NCBI GenBank assembly: GCA_964639525.1
Contig: CAZXDS010000002.1
Coordinates: forward strand, 1 to 43,545
Direction of reading: 5' to 3'
DNA from: an uncultured Melioribacteraceae bacterium
GTDB taxonomy: Bacteria > Bacteroidota > Ignavibacteria > Ignavibacteriales > Melioribacteraceae
Length of the DNA stretch: 43,545 bases
How positions within the stretch are numbered: position 1 is the first letter of the stretch; every line of letters begins with the position of its first letter. Of this stretch, positions 24,627 through 32,865 are shown piece after piece. The position numbers were made by a program, and so were the translations under genes. Under the pieces are notes generated by a model. That model did not search any database. It saw only the letters and a list, made by a program, of their open reading frames with translations, and was not told the origin of the DNA.

Positions 24627-26531
24627 CTATTTAATCATATTTATCATTGCTTTAACTTCATCCACCATTTGGTCTGCGCTGCCTGAAAAGCCTACGGATT
24701 CGAATCGGATATTTCCATTTTTATCAATAATATATTTTGTCGGAATACCGCTTACGCCAAAATCAGCAACAACTTTATTGTTATCATCCATTAAAACATT
24801 AAAAGAATATTTATTTTCTGTGATAAACAAACGTGCATTTGTCTCTTTATCTTTCGCGTTTTCCCAAGTATTCACAAACAAGAATTTTACCACATCGTTA
24901 TTTTTGTAAAAGTCAACAAGCTTTTGCATCCCGGGAAATGAACTTTTACAAGGTCCGCACCAAGTTGCCCAAAAATCAACAACAACTGTCTTCCCTTTAT
25001 AGTCGGCAAGCGACACTTTTTTTCCTTTCAAATTATAGAGTGTAAATTGCGGAGCAGGCATATTTTTCATTTCATTTTTTAAGTCGGATTCCATTTTCTC
25101 TTTAGCCATTCCCGTAAACTTGGCAAGATATTCATCAAAATCGTTGTCCGAACCATTCTTTTTTACATATGCCTTTTTCAAAATTTCCGTCATTCCTTTA
25201 GTGCTTTCGCTCTTGTCAATAAAATTTTCAATTGTTTTCATTGTTTCATCAATCTTACCGGACTTGAAAAGAGCCGTAACATAAATTTCATTTGTTTCAG
25301 GGTCGCTGGAAATTTCTTCCATAGTTTCAATTCCCTCTTTTAAGTAAGGAATAGCCTTAGCGACTTTTTTATTATCATAAAGCAATTTCCCAAGTCCCGA
25401 CAAGTTGCGTCCAAGATAGTAATTCAATGATTCCTTGTAGTCATCAATAGTTGAGGTTTTAGGTTTGTTTTTGGAAATATCTCCGGATAGGTCAGCCTTA
25501 CTTTTTTTAATTCCAATTCTATAAATTTTTTCAACTTTCTTTGCATTAAATTTATTTCCCATCATTTTACCGGCAACATAGGGGAAATAGGCGGAACTGA
25601 TTTTGCCGGAATTTTTTGTTATTAAATTATAAGCATCATCATATAGAGTGCTGCGTGTATATTGGTAAAGCAGAGAATTATAAAAATTATCTACAAAATC
25701 ATCTTTGGGAAAGTCCTTTTGAAACTTATTGATGATATCTATTTTTTTTGAATAATCACTTTCACGGTTAAAGGAATTCATTCTCATTTGTTTAGCAAAT
25801 TTTCCTTTCGGATATTGCTTCAAACCTGCTTTAACAATTGATTCAGCCTTGTTATTTTCTTGCAATCTATTAAACCAATTATAAATAAGAGAATAGTCTG
25901 CCTCAGATTTATTCTCTTTTTTAATTAGACTGTCCAATTCGGTTTCAATTTCTGTCTTAGCAGCAGTTTTGTCCTTTCTAAATATCAACCCAAAATAGGA
26001 ATCAAGATACTCATATTTAATTTCAGGATTATCAAGGAAATCTTCTTTAAAATATTTAAATGATTTATCTGAATTGCGTTTAATTTCCGCTGATCTTCCC
26101 CAACCGTTAATTGCCGAAGCAAATCCGGCTTTTGCACCGGGAACAAGTTTCCCTTTCCCGTTTGTTAAAAACATGACGTAACCTTGGCCACTATTATTAT
26201 CAAATAATTTGCCGCTAACAAATTTAAAAACCACCCCGCGCTCATTATCAGGAACGCTGAGTTTAACAGTCCAATAATCGCCTTCTTTCATCATTTCCAT
26301 TTCTATTAGTGTATCCACCGAGACTTTGTATGGATAGGCAATCATAGTAACTTCCTTAGCATCAGCTAATTTGGAGCTATCTGCAAGATAGTAAATTCTA
26401 ATATTATCGCCTGCCTGCGGGTTTACAGGCTCAAAACCGAATTTGCCCTTAAATACTTCTTTATCAGAACATCCCAAAAGCAAAGAAATTAACAAAAGAA
26501 CAACCATTGACCGAATTATTTTAGTACTCAT
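24627..26531 (-). CDS. Lipoprotein with a long N-terminal/TPR-like region and a C-terminal TlpA/ResA-like thioredoxin domain
   Basis: 634 aa. Lipobox LLLGC-S. The C-terminal 150 aa contain VVDFWATWCGPCK (the C-x-x-C active site). Confidence 0.8.
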   Translation of the reverse strand: MSTKIIRSMVVLLLISLLLGCSDKEVFKGKFGFEPVNPQAGDNIRIYYLADSSKLADAKEVTMIAYPYKVSVDTLIEMEMMKEGDYWTVKLSVPDNERGVVFKFVSGKLFDNNSGQGYVMFLTNGKGKLVPGAKAGFASAINGWGRSAEIKRNSDKSFKYFKEDFLDNPEIKYEYLDSYFGLIFRKDKTAAKTEIETELDSLIKKENKSEADYSLIYNWFNRLQENNKAESIVKAGLKQYPKGKFAKQMRMNSFNRESDYSKKIDIINKFQKDFPKDDFVDNFYNSLLYQYTRSTLYDDAYNLITKNSGKISSAYFPYVAGKMMGNKFNAKKVEKIYRIGIKKSKADLSGDISKNKPKTSTIDDYKESLNYYLGRNLSGLGKLLYDNKKVAKAIPYLKEGIETMEEISSDPETNEIYVTALFKSGKIDETMKTIENFIDKSESTKGMTEILKKAYVKKNGSDNDFDEYLAKFTGMAKEKMESDLKNEMKNMPAPQFTLYNLKGKKVSLADYKGKTVVVDFWATWCGPCKSSFPGMQKLVDFYKNNDVVKFLFVNTWENAKDKETNARLFITENKYSFNVLMDDNNKVVADFGVSGIPTKYIIDKNGNIRFESVGFSGSADQMVDEVKAMINMIK

Positions 26532-26648
26532 TTTTACCTCATTTCATAAATATTGGTTTCTAAAAATAGGAAGTAATAACATAAAATGTGTTTTAATATA
26601 TTAGAAATTTTTTTATTTAAAAAATTAGTTTGAAGACAATGCAAATAT

Positions 26649-26770
26649 GAGTCCACTCCGAAAAACTCCAAACGGGTTTTAACCCGTTTGGGATTGTATG
26701 TTTTTTATATCTTGTTTTCCCCACGTTGAAACGTGGGGTTAATGAAAATATTACTTTTCAGAGTGGACTC
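26649..26770. mobile_element. MITE copy 3 (122 bp; divergent subfamily; 6-bp TSD AAATAT)
   Basis: The ends are GAGTCCACTCCGAAAA and TTTTCAGAGTGGACTC. Hexamers AAATAT lie at 26643-26648 and 26771-26776. Internal hairpins are CCAAACGGGTT-TT-AACCCGTTTGG and CCCCACGT-TGAA-ACGTGGGG. Confidence 0.72.
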
Positions 26771-26867
26771 AAATATCAAATATTTGAAGAAAGCTAATAT
26801 TGTATTTTTTGAATAATATCAGTAAATTTGTACTCTTTATGAAAATGAATAAACAGGTAATGGAAAA

Positions 26868-27014
26868 ATGAAAAGAACGTATCAGCCGAGTAATAGAAAA
26901 AGAAAGAATAAGCATGGTTTTAGATTAAGAATGTCCACTAAAAATGGTAGAGCCGTGTTATCTCGCAGAAGAGCAAAGGGAAGAAAAAGATTAACTGTAA
27001 GTAACGAATTTTAA
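26868..27014 (+). CDS. rpmH: 50S ribosomal protein L34
   Basis: My own translation is [48 protein letters not shown] (48 aa). It is too short for the ORF track. Confidence 0.93.
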   Translation: MKRTYQPSNRKRKNKHGFRLRMSTKNGRAVLSRRRAKGRKRLTVSNEF

Positions 27015-27018
27015 AATT

Positions 27019-27438
27019 TTGTCCACCGGCTACCCAAAGGCAAAACCGGCGGGTCTTTCAAAGCAAGAGAGAATTAAACGCCGAAAGGAATTTCAGTTAG
27101 TTTATTCATCCGGGAAGACAATTTTTTCTCCTCTAAATAAATTTAAAGCAACAATATGTTTTATTGAAAATGAAAGCCACCCGTTTGTTAAAGTGGCTTT
27201 TGCTGTTCATAAAAAAGCCGGTAATGCCGTGTGGAGAAATAGAGTGAAAAGATTGTTACGCGAATCTTACCGATTAAATAAAACCGATTTGATTCAGCTA
27301 TCAGTATTGAAAAATAAATCGGTGTACATTGTCTTTTCCCCGAATACGGTTAATAAAAAAAAATATAAATCTCTCTATCTAAAGGATGTGATGCCGGAAA
27401 TAATTGAACTAATGAAAAAAATCAAAAACTCATTGTAG
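27019..27438 (+). CDS. rnpA: Ribonuclease P protein component
   Basis: 139 aa, basic, with the RNR motif region AVWRNRVKRLLRESYR. TTG start 4 nt after the rpmH stop. Conserved rpmH-rnpA synteny. Confidence 0.85.
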   Translation: MSTGYPKAKPAGLSKQERIKRRKEFQLVYSSGKTIFSPLNKFKATICFIENESHPFVKVAFAVHKKAGNAVWRNRVKRLLRESYRLNKTDLIQLSVLKNKSVYIVFSPNTVNKKKYKSLYLKDVMPEIIELMKKIKNSL

Positions 27439-27546
27439 TTATGTTTATTACTATCACATCTGAAATAATTTTTTTTTCACTCATCAAGTTCTCGTCATTT
27501 TTAAATAAATTAGTCCAATCAAATTTTAAATTAACAGGCTCTATAA

Positions 27547-29457
27547 ATGGATAAAAATACAACAATTGCATTTGTTTTAATCGGAATAATTTTAGTAGTT
27601 TGGCTTTATGTTAATGCTCCCGAACCAAAACCGGTAACTGCCGGAAATGGGAACGACACAACGCTTGTTGTAAAAGATACTAACCAAAACAATATCAAAA
27701 AAGCTCGGCAAATTACTAAGAAAGAGCAAACACCGATAAAAAAAGTAGAATCAACCAAAAACGATATCTCTGCACAACAATCCGGTGAGTTTGTAGCTTC
27801 GGATAAACCGGAAAAAGTTATTACTATTGAAAATGATAAAGTCCTTTTGGAAATGACTTCAAAAGGTGCACGGATTAAAAAGTTTTATTTAAAAAAATAT
27901 AAAACTTGGTATCACAATAGTATTAAAGACACTAATAATTTTTATGCCGAACATGTTCAGTTAATTAATTATTCAAAAAACGGCGGAGATTTTAATATTG
28001 TATTTCTTTCTAAAGGCGGACAGCTTATTAATACTGCTAATTTGGATTTTAGTCCAAATTTGGAAGGATACAAATATAAAATCAGTAATGGTGATTCTTT
28101 AACATTGGCGTATGAATTTAAAACGAAAGACGGTAAAGCAATTCGTAAAATTTTTACTTTTTACGGCGACCGATACGATTCCAAAATTGATGTGGAATTT
28201 GAAAATATGGACGATGTAATCAGCAGTTATCGCTACGATATTGTTTGGTCAAACGGAATTAACTTTGTTGAAAAAAATTCTGTGGATGAAGCAAATTATG
28301 CAGTGGCAACTATTTATTCCGGTGAAGAAACTACGACCATTAACGCAAAGGACGAAAAAGAAAAAACCGTTAAAGACATGAATGGAAAAATTGATTGGCT
28401 TGCGTTAACCAATAAATATTTTGCCGTTATCCTTTCGGAGGAAAAAGTATCTGCTGATGGCGGTGCTTTGGTTGAGGGGACATTTGTAAAAAATGTTCCG
28501 GGAAAGGGCGAAAGAAAATATTATAGTGTAAGTCTTAAAGTTCCGTTTAATAACACTAAACTTCAGCGAAATACGTTTCACTTGTTTATAGGACCTTTGG
28601 AGTATGATTTGTTAAAATCATATGGAAAAGAATTCCAGGAAATAATTGATTTTGGCAGTATGTTCGGACTTAAAGTAATTCTTCGTCCGATAACAGAATA
28701 TTTATTACTTCCGCTGTTTACATTTTTACATAGTTTAATTCCCAATTATGGTTTCGTAATTATTGTATTTTCAATAATTATTAAATTTGCTTTATATCCG
28801 TTTACAAAGCAGAGCTACAAATCAATGAAAAAAATGCAGCTTCTGCAACCGAAGATTACCGAGCTAAAAGAAAAACACAAAGGTGATCAGCAGAAGATTC
28901 AAAAAGAAACTATGAAGCTGTACAAAACTTACGGTGTTAATCCCGCAGGAGGCTGTTTGCCGATGGTTTTTCAGATGCCGATTCTTTTTGCACTTTTTGA
29001 ATTTTTTAAGGTTGCAATTCAAATAAGGCAGGAACCGTTTATTTGGTGGATAACAAATCTTTCGGCACCGGATGTTATTGCTACTCTACCGTTTAAGCTG
29101 CCAATTTTTAATATTACCGAAGTTAGCGGACTTGCTGTTTTACTTGGCGTTACAATGTTTTTCCAGCAGAAAATGAGTGTGAAAGATCCGAGCCAAAAAG
29201 CAATGGTTTATGCAATGCCGGTTGTTTTTACTTTTATGTTTATGGGATTTTCGTCAGGATTAAATTTGTATTATTTTCTTTTTAACTTGTTCTCAATTGT
29301 ACAGCAATACTCAATTAACAAAAGTAAAAAAGATGGCGAACTTGTTCCTGTTAAAGATGCGGATCAGAAAAAGCCGGGATTTATGTCTCGCATGATGGAA
29401 GCTGCGGAGAAGCAATCGCATGCACAGAAAAAAGCTCAAAATAAAAAAAGAAGATAA
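27547..29457 (+). CDS. yidC: Membrane protein insertase YidC
   Basis: 636 aa with an N-terminal TM helix and a large periplasmic domain. The C-terminal 60-kDa-IMP core includes QPKITELKEKHKGDQQKIQKETMKLYKTYGVNPAGGCLPM and a basic tail. Confidence 0.93.
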   Translation: MDKNTTIAFVLIGIILVVWLYVNAPEPKPVTAGNGNDTTLVVKDTNQNNIKKARQITKKEQTPIKKVESTKNDISAQQSGEFVASDKPEKVITIENDKVLLEMTSKGARIKKFYLKKYKTWYHNSIKDTNNFYAEHVQLINYSKNGGDFNIVFLSKGGQLINTANLDFSPNLEGYKYKISNGDSLTLAYEFKTKDGKAIRKIFTFYGDRYDSKIDVEFENMDDVISSYRYDIVWSNGINFVEKNSVDEANYAVATIYSGEETTTINAKDEKEKTVKDMNGKIDWLALTNKYFAVILSEEKVSADGGALVEGTFVKNVPGKGERKYYSVSLKVPFNNTKLQRNTFHLFIGPLEYDLLKSYGKEFQEIIDFGSMFGLKVILRPITEYLLLPLFTFLHSLIPNYGFVIIVFSIIIKFALYPFTKQSYKSMKKMQLLQPKITELKEKHKGDQQKIQKETMKLYKTYGVNPAGGCLPMVFQMPILFALFEFFKVAIQIRQEPFIWWITNLSAPDVIATLPFKLPIFNITEVSGLAVLLGVTMFFQQKMSVKDPSQKAMVYAMPVVFTFMFMGFSSGLNLYYFLFNLFSIVQQYSINKSKKDGELVPVKDADQKKPGFMSRMMEAAEKQSHAQKKAQNKKRR

Positions 29458-29480
29458 TTCTCTAATTTTACAGTATTTTT

Positions 29481-29514
29481 AAACCCAATTCTTTTTTTGA
29501 ATTGGGTTTTTTTA
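29481..29514 (+). terminator. Rho-independent terminator of yidC
   Basis: AAACCCAATTC-TTTTTTT-GAATTGGGTTT followed by a T run. Confidence 0.75.
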
Positions 29515-29528
29515 TATTATTCCGCTAA

Positions 29529-32222
29529 ATGAAACGCTATATAACCATATTATTTCTATTTTGTTTTTTGTCGATGCTTTCGGCACAGAATAAAATTATT
29601 ATAAAACCCGAGATAACAACACATAATTTACCTTTGGGCTTAAAAGAAATAGTGCCGAATAATTTTCCCCAAACCGCATTAGTGCTTAGCGGCGGCGGAG
29701 CTAGAGGTTTTTCACAAGTTGGAGTTCTTGCTGCTTTGGAAGAAGCAAATATTCCTATTTCTCAAATTGTCGGTACAAGTATGGGCAGTATTATCGGCGG
29801 ACTTTATGCTGCCGGATATACAATTAAACAAATTGATTCGATTGTTGTAAATACAAATTGGAAAAGTTTTTTTTCTTTAACTGATGCAAATAGAAAAAAT
29901 CTTTATGTTGAACAGAAAATTACTGAGGATAGGTCTTTAATATCTTTTAGAATGAACGGGTTCCAACCGGTTATTCCAACTTCGATTAACAATGGTGAAA
30001 AAGTAGCAAATTTTCTTAATTTGCTTGCTGTAAATTCTCCTTTAAATACTGAAAACAATTTTGATAATTTGCTTTTCCCTTTCAGAGCCGTTAGTACAAA
30101 TTTAGTAACCGGTGAGAAAGTGATTCTTAAAAGCGGCTCTTTAAGCAGAGCAATGCGGGCAAGTTCAAGTGTCTCGTTTCTACTTCCGCCTGTTGAATAT
30201 GATTCTCTTCTTCTCGTTGATGGAGGAGTTGTTGCAAATGTTCCTATCGATTGTGCAATTAATGAAGGGAATAATTTTACAATTGCGGTTAATGTTTCAA
30301 GTCCATTACGAAATAGAAATGAGCTGAACTATCCGTGGGAAATTGCCGATCAACTGGTTTCTATTCCTTCAAAAGTAATAACACAACAGGACTTGAACAA
30401 TGCGGATGTTGTAATTAATCCGAATTTGAATCACAAAAAGAACAACGATTTTACCGGTATTAAATCATTGATTAAAGAAGGCTACAATGCAGCAAAAAAT
30501 AAAATCCCTTTGTTGGAGAAAAAGTTAAAAGAGAAATTTTTTAAGTTAGATCAAAATCAAGTACAATTTTTCCATCACCTAATGCTGCCAATAAAGTCCA
30601 ATAAATTGGAAAGAAAAATTTTCAGCGGATTTTCTGACAGGGGTTCGGTAAGTAATAAGGAAATATTATATCAACTTTCCCTTTTGATGAGAACCGGAAA
30701 TTACGAAAGCATCTATTCTGAAATTGAAAAAGGACATGGCAAGAAGAATATTTTTCATATTATTTATGAGAAAAATCCTTCCATAAAAGATATTTCAATA
30801 AGTGGTTTAAAATCTATAGCAGAGCCAAAATTTATTTGTCAATTGATAGGCAAGCCTTTTAACAGCAAAAAAACGCTCGATGCGGTAATTCAGTTGCTGC
30901 GAATTTATAGGGCTGCAGGATACACGTTAGCATCTGTAAAAAATATTGCATTCAATGATAATTCGGGCAAACTTAGAATAGAAATTGACGAAGGAAAGCT
31001 TGGAAACATTATAGTTGAAGGCAATAAGAAAACATTATCCCGAATTATCATACGGGAGTTTCCGCTTCATAAGAATCAGTCCAAAATTTTTCCTGCGTTA
31101 AAAAAAGGTTCTCGCAATTTACGAAGCATCAATCTTTTTAAATATTCCGAATTGGAAATAAAAAAAGATTCTGTGTCATCGTTGATAGTTAAGGTTAAAG
31201 AAAAGCCTACGGCAATCATTCGTTTTGGATTAAGAATTGATAATGAAAATTTTACACAAGGTTTTATTGATGTACGTGAGGAAAACTTGTTTGGAACCGG
31301 TACGGAACTCGGTTTTATTTTTGGTGGCGGACAAAGGGACAGAAGTTTTATTTTCGAGCACTCGGCACATAGAATTTTTAATACTTATCTCACTTATTCA
31401 TTACGCGGATTTTATAAATTTAATGATGTAAAAACTTATGAAACTAAACCTTCAAAAAGCGAGCACAAATACGACAGGACAATTACCGGCGAATACAGAC
31501 AACAGTTTTACGGTGTTTCGCTTGGAATTGGTTCCCAAGTTAGAAAATTTGGAAAACTCATGTTTGAAGGAAAATACAATGTTCATAATATATTTGTTTT
31601 GCAGGATCAACCCAGTATTAAACCTTACAAATTAAATATTTTCTCTATTCTTGCACGGCTTTCTATTGATACACAGGATAAATATCCTTATCCTAATAAA
31701 GGAATGTATTTTAACACATATTTTGAAACTGCTCAAAGAATTTTCGGCGGTGAATTATCTTTTATTAAATTTTTGTTAGAATACCGGAATTATATGGATT
31801 TGAGTTCCGTAAGCAATTTAAGTTTTAAAACTAAATTCGGTTTTGGAGACAACACACTTCCGCTTGGTGAACAATTTTCACTTGGCGGACAAAATAATTT
31901 TTTTGGTATGAGAGATTATGAATATCGCGGGCGACAAGTTTTCTCTGTTTCATTAGCATACAGATATAAACTTCCGTTCCAAGTTTTTTATAATACTTAT
32001 CTTAGTTTTCGTTATGATCTTGGTTCAATTTGGCAAAATCGTGAGGATATCAGATTAAAAGATTTACGACACGGCATCGGTGCAACTTTTTCTTTAGAGA
32101 CACCAATTGGACCGGCAGATTTTTCGGTTGGCAGAAGTTTCTTTTTTAGTAACACGATAGATAATAATCAAATTATTCGCGGACCGGTTTATTTCTACTT
32201 TAAAATCGGGTTTTTCTATTGA
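29529..32222 (+). CDS. Patatin-like phospholipase fused to POTRA and an Omp85/BamA-type beta-barrel (PlpD-like, type Vd architecture)
   Basis: 897 aa with a signal peptide. Patatin motifs SGGGARG, GTSMGS (G-x-S-x-G) and VDGGV (catalytic Asp). The mid-region is POTRA-like. The C-terminal barrel ends in FKIGFFY. Confidence 0.85.
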   Translation: MKRYITILFLFCFLSMLSAQNKIIIKPEITTHNLPLGLKEIVPNNFPQTALVLSGGGARGFSQVGVLAALEEANIPISQIVGTSMGSIIGGLYAAGYTIKQIDSIVVNTNWKSFFSLTDANRKNLYVEQKITEDRSLISFRMNGFQPVIPTSINNGEKVANFLNLLAVNSPLNTENNFDNLLFPFRAVSTNLVTGEKVILKSGSLSRAMRASSSVSFLLPPVEYDSLLLVDGGVVANVPIDCAINEGNNFTIAVNVSSPLRNRNELNYPWEIADQLVSIPSKVITQQDLNNADVVINPNLNHKKNNDFTGIKSLIKEGYNAAKNKIPLLEKKLKEKFFKLDQNQVQFFHHLMLPIKSNKLERKIFSGFSDRGSVSNKEILYQLSLLMRTGNYESIYSEIEKGHGKKNIFHIIYEKNPSIKDISISGLKSIAEPKFICQLIGKPFNSKKTLDAVIQLLRIYRAAGYTLASVKNIAFNDNSGKLRIEIDEGKLGNIIVEGNKKTLSRIIIREFPLHKNQSKIFPALKKGSRNLRSINLFKYSELEIKKDSVSSLIVKVKEKPTAIIRFGLRIDNENFTQGFIDVREENLFGTGTELGFIFGGGQRDRSFIFEHSAHRIFNTYLTYSLRGFYKFNDVKTYETKPSKSEHKYDRTITGEYRQQFYGVSLGIGSQVRKFGKLMFEGKYNVHNIFVLQDQPSIKPYKLNIFSILARLSIDTQDKYPYPNKGMYFNTYFETAQRIFGGELSFIKFLLEYRNYMDLSSVSNLSFKTKFGFGDNTLPLGEQFSLGGQNNFFGMRDYEYRGRQVFSVSLAYRYKLPFQVFYNTYLSFRYDLGSIWQNREDIRLKDLRHGIGATFSLETPIGPADFSVGRSFFFSNTIDNNQIIRGPVYFYFKIGFFY

Positions 32223-32315
32223 GGTTTTACAACTAATTCAGCAGTAGTGTCGCCTATTTTGAATGTTTGAAATTGCACGCAATGACGGTTGTTGTAAATT
32301 TTAATGCAAATTATT

Positions 32316-32816
32316 TTATTGATTTTCTACCAAGTGTTTAATAATATTTGCTTTTGTAAAATCAGGCAGGAATTCTTTAAATTCAACTGTTTTGTTTTTA
32401 TCCCATTGCCTTCCTTCTAATTCCACATATTTATGTGTTTTTAAAAAAGCAAATTTTCTCTGTAAAAGATTGTTATGTAAATCAAAAACAAAAAATGCAA
32501 TAATAATCGGCAGACTGTATATTTCACTCCACTTTTCATAGGCGGTTATTGCTCTTTCATTAAGCATCCACTTTGCCTTGTGTTTCCCTTTCCAATCAAG
32601 CATTGCAGACTTTCCTTTGTACTCAATAATTACATCAGGTTTATCTTCTCCTTTTTCCCAAACCTTTTTGTAGCGATTATCCTGTCCGAATTCCTTAAAG
32701 GATATTCCCCATTGAGTCAATAAATTTTTCCCGACAATCTCAGCAGAATCGTGCAGCTTGTAATTCTTTCGAAAAGATTCTGTTGATTTTGCCGGCTTAA
32801 AATCTAATTTTTTCAT
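32316..32816 (-). CDS. Hypothetical protein with a PD-(D/E)XK-like motif
   Basis: 166 aa from the ATG at 32816 (the track ORF begins at a TTG at 32831). EDKPDVIIEYKGKSAMLDWKGK gives P-D ... D-x-K with 13-residue spacing, preceded by the acidic HDSAEIVG. Assigned by eye only. Confidence 0.4.
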   Translation of the reverse strand: MKKLDFKPAKSTESFRKNYKLHDSAEIVGKNLLTQWGISFKEFGQDNRYKKVWEKGEDKPDVIIEYKGKSAMLDWKGKHKAKWMLNERAITAYEKWSEIYSLPIIIAFFVFDLHNNLLQRKFAFLKTHKYVELEGRQWDKNKTVEFKEFLPDFTKANIIKHLVENQ

Positions 32817-32865
32817 AGTCTGTCCGCCCAATAAATATAATTAGTGATATTTTCCCTTGTTCCAT

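Noticed and set aside
24696-24706. The tRNA T-arm-like string GGATTCGAATC
   Set aside because: It lies inside the well-supported thioredoxin-domain coding region, and no acceptor, D-arm or anticodon arm can be drawn around it.
26532-26867. Possible oriC: an AT-rich divergent region next to rpmH-rnpA-yidC, with a strand switch
   Set aside because: I could find no DnaA-box-like 9-mers (TTATCCACA or its complement, or close variants). No dnaA or dnaN gene is adjacent. Gene orientation switches back at 32.3 kb. The synteny alone is insufficient.
27439-27546. Expected yidD gene between rnpA and yidC
   Set aside because: No ORF with the conserved Cys-rich YidD motif is present in any frame of this 108-bp spacer. 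The gene is simply absent at this position.
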